NCBI GenBank assembly: GCA_023334545.1
Contig: JAADVB010000001.1
Coordinates: 1 to 64,000 of the forward strand
Length of the DNA: 64,000 nt
Source: Salisapilia sapeloensis CBS 127946
Lineage: Eukaryota > Protista > Oomycota
Direction: 5' to 3'
The notes below the pieces were generated by a model. The model did no database searches, was not told the DNA's origin, and was given only the letters and a program-made list of their open reading frames with translations. Below, piece by piece: positions 23,620 to 35,091 of this stretch. Position 1 is the first letter of the stretch; each line of letters begins with the position of its first letter. Made by a program: the position numbers and the translations under genes.

Positions 23620-25032
23620 TTAGACAAAGTGCAGTGTCAAGCGATAGATGAGCGAATGACGCACGAGATACTCGTGTCGCTTGATACGAATGCTCGTACC
23701 AACGAACGGAATCGATCGCAAGAAGAGCGACAAGCTCGTAATGTTCCGCAAACACACGCGGCAATTGTCCCAGTCCGAAGCGGCCATCGTTGCTGCTTGG
23801 TGCAGACCTCCACAAACGAGCACGAGCAGACCTAACAACGCGCCAAAGACTGCCAATGCAATCAAAAAGAGCATCGTGTCTTTAACTCCAGCTGACATGG
23901 CGGTTACCACAGCCACGCCGAGCACAACGTTCGAAATAACGAGCTTTGCGGCGGCACCAAAGACGGCGGCTTTGCTGCCATAGACAATCGCATGGAGATA
24001 AAGTTCCAAGTACAAGAGTAGGAAGACCATGGGCTTCCAGATGCATACGTACAGGCCGACGAAGAGAGCATCTAGTAGCTGGTTCTCAAAGCTCTTGTAG
24101 CCCATGACACGTCCAATAGTCGTCGTCCACGCGCCATCATAGTCGGCAGCAACGGTCGGGATGTCCAGGTCATGTTTTGCCAGCCCTTGATCGACTATCC
24201 AGTGGAGACCGTCCTCGTATCCTAAATCAAAAAGCCAATTGACGTCCTCTACGGACGGCGGAAACATGGCCCACCATAGTGGAATGTATCTCGATGGTTT
24301 GATGTCTGCTCCCGTGCAGTAGAATGGACTCACCGTGACAGTATGCTTGTCGAGCAACGGTTGAAAGTCCAGGAGCCCGCCGTCCATAACGTACTCGCCA
24401 TTGAGTTCAAACGGCAATCCAGCAATGGGCGTCGCACAGCATGAGGCAAGGAGAGACTGTTGCAAGTGCTCTGACGAGTCAAACTTCGTAACTCTTCGGG
24501 ACTTCCATTTCGATAGAGAGGAGTACACGACCGTGAGTCGAGGAGGACGGTTGTCATTCAGTTCTTGAAATTTGTGCAGCTGACCGACGTTGGACAATGT
24601 GTCTCGGAGGTAGGATCGGACACCGAACTTGCCTCGGAAACTAGCGTGCGCTTTCGGGACGACATCTTCGAGGACATACTGTCGAATGCGATCAAAGTCA
24701 CAGCGAAAAGCCAGCGCGGTCGCAGTCAGTGCACCGGCCGAACACCCGATGAACTGGGCGCCATCCTTGTCCAGTTCATGCTCTTGCATTGCCTTGGCGA
24801 CACCGAACAAGTACATTTTGAGCCAGCCGCCACAAGCGAACGAGAAGCTGCTATGCGCCGCTGCGACTTCTGTCTCGGTCGCCACTCGGCGTTCCGACTC
24901 GGGAGTCATCGTGTCACTTTTATTCGCTAGCGTCAGTGCAGAAGCTGTGGATGACAGCTTGCGCCGATGCAAAGGAGCTTGTGGGCTAGAACTAGCTAGA
25001 GAAGGTGACGACGCACTTGGGGAGAGAGGCAT
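23620..25032 (-). CDS. Patatin-like phospholipase (PNPLA type) with C-terminal hydrophobic helices
   Basis: Oxyanion loop SFACGGW, nucleophile motif GCSAG and catalytic DGG. Intronless, 470 aa. Confidence 0.92.
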   Translation of the reverse strand: MPLSPSASSPSLASSSPQAPLHRRKLSSTASALTLANKSDTMTPESERRVATETEVAAAHSSFSFACGGWLKMYLFGVAKAMQEHELDKDGAQFIGCSAGALTATALAFRCDFDRIRQYVLEDVVPKAHASFRGKFGVRSYLRDTLSNVGQLHKFQELNDNRPPRLTVVYSSLSKWKSRRVTKFDSSEHLQQSLLASCCATPIAGLPFELNGEYVMDGGLLDFQPLLDKHTVTVSPFYCTGADIKPSRYIPLWWAMFPPSVEDVNWLFDLGYEDGLHWIVDQGLAKHDLDIPTVAADYDGAWTTTIGRVMGYKSFENQLLDALFVGLYVCIWKPMVFLLLYLELYLHAIVYGSKAAVFGAAAKLVISNVVLGVAVVTAMSAGVKDTMLFLIALAVFGALLGLLVLVCGGLHQAATMAASDWDNCRVCLRNITSLSLFLRSIPFVGTSIRIKRHEYLVRHSLIYRLTLHFV

Positions 25033-25414
25033 GTCTTCTAAACGGTGATAAGGCGCACTTTTTCCTATCTTTGTGTTGGTTGTCGCGTTGTGGCTTCATG
25101 CTGAGTTTCGTACTTGATCGAGAGCTCCCGATAAGATCAGATTCGTGTCCTTTGAAGATCTGGTCATCAACAGTACTTTCTGAAACGATGACAATGGAAT
25201 TTTACAAGTAAGCCGCGTTTCTCTTGACTCTAGTAGTCATATCACTTTCTCTCTATCTCAATTCAATATCTAAATGATGGAAATATCAATCACTTCGTTA
25301 TGCACGACAAGTAGAATCGTACGAGTATTAAAATCGATATAGCATCCACCAAGAGGCAAATGGACAAAATTGAAAATTTAATACAAATGTTTTGATGAAT
25401 TTCGCACTTCGAGT

Positions 25415-25430
25415 TCATTCCCTCTTTTGC
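25415..25430 (+). promoter_or_regulatory. INR/FPR core promoter of the Ca2+/cation exchanger gene
   Basis: TCATTCC-CT-CTTTTGC, 23 nt before ATG 25454. Confidence 0.7.
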
Positions 25431-25453
25431 GCTCTCCTGCTCGAGTTAGATTC

Positions 25454-27744
25454 ATGCTTGACAAGCATCACGTATCACTCGTTTCCCTCGCCCTGCTCGT
25501 GGCTTGTGCCAGCGCAACGGCCATACTGCGAGCCGATGCGCAACATGGAGACGAGACGAACACGCAGCAAGGTGATGGCTGCCAACCTTCATCGGATCGG
25601 GACACGATCCTAGACTACGAATACATTGTGCATTGCTCTTTCCTACAGCACTCGCCAATCGCAGCGAGAGCATTGCTCGTATTTATTCTCGTACTCTTGC
25701 TCTACATGCTCAGCTCGACGGCCGACTCGTTCTTCTCCCCCGTGCTACAGGTACCTCTTGTTCCATGTCATTCCATAGCCACAGGTGGACTGATCGATAG
25801 CATGCACATGGATATAGAGTATGGTCGCCAAGTATCGCATTCCTCCGGCAGTTGCGGGCGTCACTTTTCTCAGTTTCGGCAATGGATCGCCGGATGTATT
25901 TGCCAATATTGCTGCCTTCGTAGGAGGCACACCAGGCATTGGTATCACAGCTGTCTTTTGCGGTGGTCTACTACTTACTACAGGTTTGATTCGCTTTTTG
26001 TCGTGTAAAATCAGGTTGATGCTCATGAATGTATATGATAGTGGTGGCTGGTTGCGTCGGATTGGCGTCGCAAGGACAAGATCAGCTAGTGCCAAGACAG
26101 TATGTACGAGACGTCCTGTTCTACTTGATTGGTCTAGCCTACGCTAGCTTCATCCTGTTGACTCAGGATTCGATTGGTATCCTAGCAGCCCTAGGCTTCC
26201 TCGGGATTTACATCCTGTTCGTTTGCACCGTCTTTATGGACAACAAAATCGCTATGTTACTTGATCACATCAAGTCCAAAGGCAGAACGGATGATCTAGA
26301 CGCCTTAATGGAGGACCATACTGCCAGCTCTCATGCGTTGCACTCCAGCCGTGATCAGGAAGGTGGAGAGTTGAGCCCTTCGAATAATCTGCATGCGTTC
26401 TCCATGGGGCCTGGCGCCATGTACGACACATTCGATCTAACGCGTGCAGACTCAGAAGACTCCACTGCCTCCTCGACGTACGACATAAACCGACGAAGCT
26501 CCGTTCCAACCCAGCCGAGCAGCCGACGAGCAGCCAATAATAGTGAGACGCAGACATTGCTGCAAGACAATACGCAGGACATTCAACGATCGGCCTCCAT
26601 TACTCTCCCGAGTCTCCACCGCCGACGCCGCCGACGCCGACAGCGCAACTTGGTGGAAAGCGTCCAGCGCAGCTACGATCATCGCCTTGCTTCGGTCAGG
26701 TGGACGCGTAGCTACCATCACTTAAAAGGAATCGATGAGTTCGCGGCGAGTCGAGAGAATAGCGACAGTGAAGACGAGGAAGGCACTGGTACGCCTACAG
26801 GTCAGAACACGACGATCCCGGAAGTCGAGGATGAAGATGACTCTTCCCGAGACAGTGGCGCAGCGATGCACATTGACGAAGTGGATGTCTACAAGCCGTC
26901 GAAGCTGCAGAATCATGAACGCTCTGGTGAGATGGACTCCAAGGGTCACGGCAAACAAGAGACAGACTCTGGCTTTAGCGCCGGAACGATCTTAAAGTGG
27001 TTCGAGGCGTATATCTGGGGTCCATTTGAATTCGTAACGACGTTCATTCGACGCCTGACGATCCCACTCGTGGACGACGAGACGTGGAACAAGAGCTTTT
27101 CCATGCTCTGCCCACCCTTTGCGGTTCTCATGTGCGGTCTCGTCCTCTTCAATGTATCTATCACGAACCTTTGGTTCATCGGTGCAGTCATCATTGGAGG
27201 TGGCAGCGGCAGTGCCTATGTCTGGTACTTTACTGACGACGAAGATCCGCCAGATGATAGCCATTTGATCCCACAGTTGTGTCTCGCGTTCATCATGTCG
27301 GTGGTTTGGATCCGTACTATTGCACAGGAAGTGCTTGGTGTCCTGCAGACACTCGGCGATCTGTTCCACATCCCTAGCGCTGTGCTGGGAGCTTCTGTCC
27401 TGTCGTGGGGAAACACACTAGGTGACCTTGCGTCCGACACTTCGATTGCTCGCGACGGATTCCCGTCCATGGCGTTTGCCGGATGCTTTGCCGGTCCGTT
27501 CTTCAACCTCATGGTTGGTATGGGTGCAGCTCTCTTGCTTGCAAACATTGCCGACGGACCGGTCGTACTTGATCACATCTCTCCGGTGGTCTACGTCAGC
27601 ATCTGCTTCCTCGCCGCGAGTCTCGTGCTCAACCTCGTGGGTGTCATTTTGGGCAGTTTCAAGTACACGAAGACTCTCAGTATCGCTGCATTCACACTCT
27701 ATTCAGGCTTCCTTCTCACGGTCATCGTCGTCGTCGTCTTCTAA
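25454..27744 (+). CDS. Ca2+/cation antiporter (CCX/NCLX/NCKX6 type)
   Basis: Introns 25751-25817 and 25984-26041. Alpha-1 repeat GVTFLSFGNGSPDVF and alpha-2 repeat SVLSWGNTLGDL...AGPFFNL. It has a signal-peptide-like N-terminus and a long acidic/Arg-rich loop. Confidence 0.92.
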
Positions 27745-28079
27745 GACGACAGCAAGTAGTTTGAAATTTTATTAAAGAGGTAGAGACTAGCCCAAGTATC
27801 TCTTCAAATTAATCCTTTTGCCATTCCTCCTCGTCTTCATTCTCTATTGAATATGTGAAAGGTATATTGCCAACCAGATATTTATCCAAAGCCTTATTTC
27901 TATTATGTGGAACTGCCAATTAGTTGATCATGTGGAGGAATAAGCACTGCTATAGCATGGAAGAGATCACTTCCAAAGTATCTTGTCATCTTTAGACTTG
28001 ATTTGTCTAAAACTGACGGATTAGTGCACTCTGAGCTTCAACTACCGGACAATTAAGAATTGCATCGAAGATACGCATC

Positions 28080-29171
28080 ATGACGATTGTCAATTTCGGT
28101 ATTGCTGGATGTGGACGCATCTCTGGTGACTTCGTCAATGCCCTCAAGGGCCTTAAGGAGGAAGAAGGCAGTGTTGTCGCTTGTGCTGCTCGGTCTCTCG
28201 ATTCGGCCAAGAGCTTTGCCCAAACGCACGGTACATATCCTTTCATAGCTTTTATTCGATAGCAATCCTAATTATATGCATCAGGCATTCCAAATGCCTA
28301 CGGTTCCTACAGTGAGCTCTGCGCCGACACCAACGTCCATGTGATCTACGTCGGTACGGTCAACTCGACGCATCATGACATCGCTCTAGAAGCTCTTCGA
28401 GCCGGAAAACACGTTTTGCTTGAAAAGCCAATGGCGATGAACGCCAAGCAGGTTGAAGAAATGTTCCGTGTAGCACGTGAAAACAATCGCTTCATCATGG
28501 AAGGTATGTGGACGCGCTTTTTCCCAGCAACGCGAAAGATCCGGGAACTCCTTGAGAACGGGACGATCGGTGACATCCACCACATGAACGCGAGCTTTGG
28601 CGTTAACATGTCACCGGACAACGTTCGTATCTGGGACCCCAAGCTCGGTGGTGGCGGATGCCTCGACCTTGGCGTCTACACCCTTGCGGCCGTGACAATG
28701 GTCTTTGGCTATAATCCAGACCAGGTCCACGCCGTCGGTAAAAAGTCCGACAGCGGTGTCGACGCCTTTGGATCCATCACTCTCCAGTATGGCGACAAGC
28801 AGTTCGCGACCGTCCAATATTCTTGTGTGGATGCGCTACCCACAGCTCTCACGATCACTGGTAGCAAAGGTCGTATCCAAGTGCATGAACCGTTCTACTG
28901 TCCATCATCGTTCACTCTACGTACGAAAGCAGAAGACGGAACGTTCAAGGAGGAGACACTTACATTCGATCACGTCCAGCCAGCTGCGAATGCCTTCCCA
29001 TTCACGAAACCTCATAAAGGAGGTTTTTTGTATGAGGCACAAGCAGTCCGCGAAGCGATTGTGAATAACAAATTGGAGTGTGAAGAGCATTCGCATGCCG
29101 AATCCATCGCTCTAGCCAAGATCATGGACTCTGTCCGTCAGCAAATTGGTGTAATTTACGACTGCGACTAG
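28080..29171 (+). CDS. Gfo/Idh/MocA oxidoreductase (dihydrodiol/D-xylose dehydrogenase-like)
   Basis: Intron 28231-28284. Motifs GIAGCGRIS, HVLLEKPMA, MEGMWTRFFP and LGGGGCLDLGVY. Confidence 0.92.
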
Positions 29172-29378
29172 CTACTGACACTGAGCTGGGAACAGCATGC
29201 TCTTTTGCTTCTCGGATGTGTCACTTAAATGCAAACTGGAAGCCAATTATCCATCGACTCTTGTTAGTACTTCTCCTGTCTTTGATGTCGTAGGAGGCGT
29301 TTAAATTCCAAATTGTAGTCAATGTTTCCTTATGAACAGCAAGCGTAAAATATGCAAAGCAAGAACTAGTTGCGCTTC

Positions 29379-31003
29379 TTACATGTCCTCCTCCTCGTCT
29401 TCCCCATCAGCTACCATGTACTGTTGGAGCGCATGCTCTTCCTTGACGTAGTGCCATACACTCGGTGAAGTTAAAAAGAGGTTGGACGAAGTCTCGAGAC
29501 GTAAAACCTTTCGGTCAATACCATCCACAAACGACCACACGCTCTCCTACAAGCATCTCATCAGTCTTCCGTCATGTCTATAAAGGTACAAGACAATGTA
29601 CAAAGATAGGTGTTTCTAGCTCAATTGCATCTTGACAAAACTCTTTCGCTTGCTATGTACAGGATAAGCCATATATCCAGTCGTAGAATACAAACATAGC
29701 ATACCTGAAGGTTGATCTCAATATCCTCACATGCTGCAAATGCTTCTGCCATCTCCCCACGCTTTTGATTTAAAATCTCGAGATGGCACTTGAGTTGATC
29801 CAGCAGCCTCGAAAGTCCCATCAGTTGTAAGCTTTGGCCTACACCAAGTGCCTTTAGCTCTTATCTTGTGCACAGTCAAGAGAAAATGTACGATTTAAGA
29901 AGATGGTCGATGGTGTGAGAGCTGCAAGTCCAGTGAAGAAGAGACTTTTGCCAGCAACAGAAATCGGAAGACTTAGTCCACCTGTTGCTGGCGCGGCAAT
30001 CGCACCTGCTGTGCCAACCTAGATATATCAATGTTAGCGTATAGAATGCTGCAGCACGGTAACAAAAACGTACGAGAGCGCCTGCGACGATGCCAGCGGC
30101 ACCGGCAGCTACGCCCGTGCCACTAAAGTCGGCCGACTTAGCACGCATGTGGAGTAGCGTGAACGCACGCATCATGAGTTTCGTGCACTCAGCTGTGAGG
30201 TAGTCGAGTTCCTCGAGACTGTTCTTCATCTCCTCTACCATTGGACTCACACTCTGCTTCATGCGTTTCATCGCCCATTCCACGCGTCTCGCATTCCGTT
30301 TCTCCTCCGCTTCATCCCTAGCTTCCATCGGTGGTACAACCGCTTCTCGTAATTTACCCAAGTAGTTGTTCAACGTCGACTGTTCGTTGGCGCATTGGGA
30401 GAACATCATGTGGCACTGCTCCGAGTGGGTGATACTACGCTCAACCATGTCCCTAGTGGTCTCTAGTAGACTCGTCGCTAGATTCGACAGTTTGCCAGGC
30501 TTGGAGAACTGAAAGGCGCTATTTAAGTTTTCTAAAACGTCCTGCAATTCACGCAGAGTCTGGTCTTCCGTCGCGAGGACCCACCACTCGCTTCGAATTG
30601 CTCGCACGGACTCGTCTTCGCTAAACTGTTTCCTCACACTTTCTACGACGGAGGAACTGAGTTTCACCATGCTCTCGGCATTAAAGCTACTAAATCCCTT
30701 CATTAAAGATCGTCGTTGACGCTGTGAATCATTCGAAACGACGGACGAAGTCGAGGACGCAGCCGTGATGCGAGGATTTGTACGAGGCATGAGTGGTGTC
30801 GAAGATGTAGGCAAGTCTTCGGTGGTAAAGCTGCGAATATTGTGATCATCATTCGCGTAATTGGATGAATCAACACCGCTGCTGCTATGCGGGGGTCGTG
30901 CCACCGCCGAGGTATCGTAGAATCGATCGGATACGGCATGCATATCATCTCGAGCTTCACCCTCATGACTCAACTTGACATGCTTTGGGACTGTAGATGC
31001 CAT
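29379..31003 (-). CDS. Hypothetical 469-aa coiled-coil protein with a Gly/Ala-rich hydrophobic hairpin
   Basis: Four in-frame introns (30019-30073, 29839-29891, 29653-29704, 29547-29601) extend the track ORF to a TAA at 29379. ATG at 31003. Confidence 0.8.
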
Positions 31004-31205
31004 CTCGTATATCTTTATCGACGATTGTCTGTCCAAAGTAGCGAAGTGACTATGAGAAGACACGCTTCGGACGATTATTGCGAGCAGGATTTGATTCTTC
31101 TACCGCAGAGACGCCATTGGTGTAAATAGAAATAAAACAACAGTTTTAGTAATTAATTCATGGACGATTATCTCGATTTGGCTGGTCATCACTTCGTCAC
31201 CTACC

Positions 31206-32385
31206 ATGGCCAAGACTGGACGTAAGAGGCAGCGGCAGCAGCGTATTAAGGAGGTTGGACGTGATGTGGAAGAGAATATCGTCCAGACGAATGAAGAAGG
31301 CAAGCTCCAGCACGTTGCGAGCAAAGAGCTGTTTCAAATCGATAGTAAGGGTGGTGACGACGTCCAACTGACCAAGAAGCAGAAGATCGAACGCAAGGAC
31401 CCGTTGCACAAGTCCAAGAAGTTTGACCTTACCAAGGCCAATCGATATGAAGTGGACAAGATTAAGAAGCTGCAGAAGAACCTTGGAAAGCAACCTACCG
31501 TGTCCACGAAAGTCGAGGAGCAGGTGACGCCGCTGTGGGGTGACGATGGTGCTGTCGAGAAGACTACTTCCGACAACAAGTACGAATCGAACCCTCCTAT
31601 GCCCGTTGCGACGAAGCCCAAGGCAGTCAAGTCGACGAAGCATCAAGTGCAGCACGTCGAGGTACCGAATGCCGGACAGTCGTACAACCCAGAGTACAGT
31701 GCTCACAAGGAACTACTGACGGAGGCGATGCAGCAAGAGTTGGATCGTCAAGCGGCTGAAAAGGCAGAGGCTGAGCCCATCTCCAAGGGCATCTCGCAGG
31801 AAGTGATGCAATACCTTAATAACGACAGCTCTGACGAAGAGAGCGAGTCGGAGGATGAAAAGCCGGAGGATGAGTCTGCTGAAACGAAGGAGAAGAAGGA
31901 GGTGGAGCGAATGACGCGTAGTCAGCGTCACAAACAAGCTCGACGGAAGGTGGCTGAGCGTAAGCAGCGTGCCCAACGTCGTCGCAAAGACCTCGTCAAG
32001 CAGATCAATACGTACGTTGGATATATTACTCGCCATAAACGCAGTGCTAATGATTATGAACAGGTCGCACTACATTCTACAGGATATTGTCAAGGCAGAG
32101 AAGACTGCTGCGAAGAAACAGGAGCTGAAAAAGCAGAGAGAGGAAGGCAAGCTAGAGTCGGAACCAATGGTGCGTGTGGGTGGCAAGCTACAGAAACTAG
32201 ACCGAACGACCATAGTTGGGCTGTCGGATGAAGTGGAAGGCAGCCTTCGATCGGCAAAACAGATTTCCAACCCACTCCTTGATCGCTTCGATAGTCTTCA
32301 CAAGCGAAATATGGTGGACGTGAAGGGAGACGTAAAGCCTCGTCGTATGAAGAAAAAGTACAAGATCATCGACGTGAAGAAGTAG
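31206..32385 (+). CDS. NOP53: Ribosome biogenesis protein NOP53 (GLTSCR2/PICT1)
   Basis: ELFQIDSKG, VEVPNAGQSYNP and C-terminal NPLLDRFDSLHKRNMVD motifs. Intron 32012-32063. Confidence 0.9.
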
Positions 32386-32617
32386 ATAGCTTGTAATTCA
32401 TTGACAACAAGAATCCATTTTGTGCATCTTCCTCTACTTGTGAAACCGATATGAGTCTATTATTGCGATAAGGCACATACCAGGAAGAGATGTCTGGGTC
32501 TGCCATGCGTCCGCGTGTAGGACTGTAGTCTAGCCAACTTAGTCCTGATAAACTAACTCTCCTAATGGTGAATAGAGCTTTCGCCACACCATACGGGGGC
32601 CTGTGGTGGAGATTAAT

Positions 32618-34230
32618 ATGGCAGAGTATACGCGTACCAAGCAAAGGACACTTAAAATCATCCGTCGGCGTGTCCTCTTCCTCTCGTCATTCACACTCCC
32701 TTTGGCAATCATCTCCTTTGGAACCATGCTTGTTCGTATATATCCCCTTTAACCTTTAGACCCTAGGTATTGACACTGCTCGTAGGTGATCTGGAACATC
32801 CAAGAGAATAATGCCAAGTTCCAGCGAATTGTTTGGGGTGTAGCGAATCGAGATATCTACTTACTTCATGGCATCGCCTCTCTTCTCTTTAGCTTCCATG
32901 GCTTCTATCTTGATGGAAATCGGAAAGAGCTGGAGAAAGATGGTATGCGCTTCATTCTCCACATTCGCGTGTACTCTTTCCTCGGTGCTGTCGCCTGGTT
33001 CTTCGGTACGCTCATGTCTTTACTCTTATTGTTCTTTCTTATCTGATCATACTATCTATTCTGTGTAGCACTGTGGCTTATCGTGGGTATGATCTCTGCG
33101 TTTGGTCTCTTGTCCATGTCGATTATCACCAAATCAATTGCCAACGTAATCTACCTGACAACGCTTTCTTCAGCATTTGTACGTCGTACTGTAATTCTGG
33201 TCCCCAAGCGTGAAATTTATATTGGTGACTTCGATACGGAATAGCTTCACCTGATTGTGACACCTTGGATACTTCGGACTATCCATCGAAAAGGATCGCA
33301 GGCGGACGAGTATTTCGGGTACGTAGATATTGCAATCAACAGGATATTATTCCCATCGACCGTCCTAGTGCCGAGTTCATTAATGCTATGAACGAGGAAG
33401 AAAGACGAGTCGAAGTCGATCGACACTTTGACGAAGATGCCTCCAACTATGCGCATGCGAAGCATCGATCATCTGAGCATTATGAAGTGAATTCTGCACG
33501 CCCCCAAAGCTACCATAAGTCTCAGCGAGACACATCTCCCTCTCGGAAAGCTGTCTTTAATGCAGAAGGCTCGGCTGTCGTGGTACCAGGGATAGCTCTG
33601 TCCAGGCCACAAATTCCGAATGCAGGTGTGGGCTATAAGTGGAATGCTCCGGAGCCAGATCACCAAATGCAAGAATCCGGTGACTTGCAACTTTTGCACT
33701 TAGACTCGAACCCGAGGTGGACGGACGCTAGTGGCTATTGGGCGCTTTGGCAACAACTTCGAACGACGTAAGTCCCAACATGACCTTCATAACTTATCCA
33801 TTCAGCCGAAGTTCGAGGCTATGTTGATGTCTGCGCTAACAACTGTCATCCATGCTGTTCGCATGCATAGTGGTTCCTTCTCGTGCAAAATGAAAAACCG
33901 GCCATCGCAATTTGATGTCGAAGCACACTTGCGTGCTCACGGTTTTCATGTCATGTCATCTGAGGCGAATACCAGTCTGCTTCAAGTACACTTCTACGGC
34001 GCATTTGAATACGATAACAACGTGTTCTTATGCGAGTTCATCATTATACACGCTCGGAACTTTTTCCAAGCGACGTTCAAATGCCAGGTGCGTCACTACT
34101 GGATACAGAATCGCTCCAGTAATGATTCGGCGAACTAATGAATTACTGATAGGATGAGTGGCTCGCGTCCTCTTTCGTGACCCGCTTTCAGCTGCAGGAA
34201 CTGTTCGTAGTGGATGAAGAGGGAGAGAAT
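32618..34230 (+). CDS. 403-aa multipass membrane protein with a C-terminal beta-adaptin-appendage-like domain
   Basis: Six GT-AG introns (32732-32785, 33006-33068, 33179-33244, 33319-33368, 33768-33870, 34088-34152) give one uninterrupted frame. There are 4-5 TMs in the N-terminal part. Confidence 0.75.
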
Positions 34231-35091
34231 AGATAATCAGAGCTTTTCAGTAGCAGTCGTAATGGTAGCGCTGTGCTACTGTGTAAAATACAAACATGCA
34301 ATCTCGGTGGTACTAGAATGATACTGAAATTATGAAGTGGAAACCCGGGAAACAAACGTACGCCAAGATACACTGAAGACCTACGAGCAGTGCCATGACT
34401 TCAAGTACCTTGCATCCCGTTAACAAATTTCTATTGCGCACGGAATCAGTTCGATAGCACGACTTTGCTCCACTGACGTACTTGATCAGTGATAGGATCA
34501 CTTCGTACATCTATCTCGCACAAGAGCACCGGTCTCTTGGCAAGTTGAGAATTCAACGGATCTGGGTACGACCCAGCACGTCATCACCAGCCGCGTCACG
34601 AACAATCCCAGAGTAGTTTCACATTCGATCTTTCCGTCTTGTCTCTTTTTGACACCGCTTGCTCGATCTTCCCTTTCATCGCGCGGTCGCTCTCGTGCCG
34701 ATCAACGACACGAGCGAAGTCCCTTCTCCACGAGCTATGCCGCATCATACTCTTTAATATTACCTATCTACAAAGCCGAAGGGACCACAGCCGCTTGCAG
34801 TCTATGCACGACCGCATGGAGCAAAACTGTCAAGAGCCGTCGCGAGCTATATCCGGCAGAGCTACCACTGTACATGGCTATTGACCTTTTCCAGTGAATA
34901 CAGTTGGACTTGCGCACGTACCCGACGCACCTGCAAGCGGAAATAGCCATGCATTGTAGCATCGCCAGGCTCAAAAAGCGACAAGCCTGAGTGTCCAGAA
35001 GTCTTTGAGGGGCCAGACGAGGGCTCCGGACATCCCCCAGTAGACGAATAGCTCTTGATATTACACAACTGTGCTTCTCCAGATACCCGTA

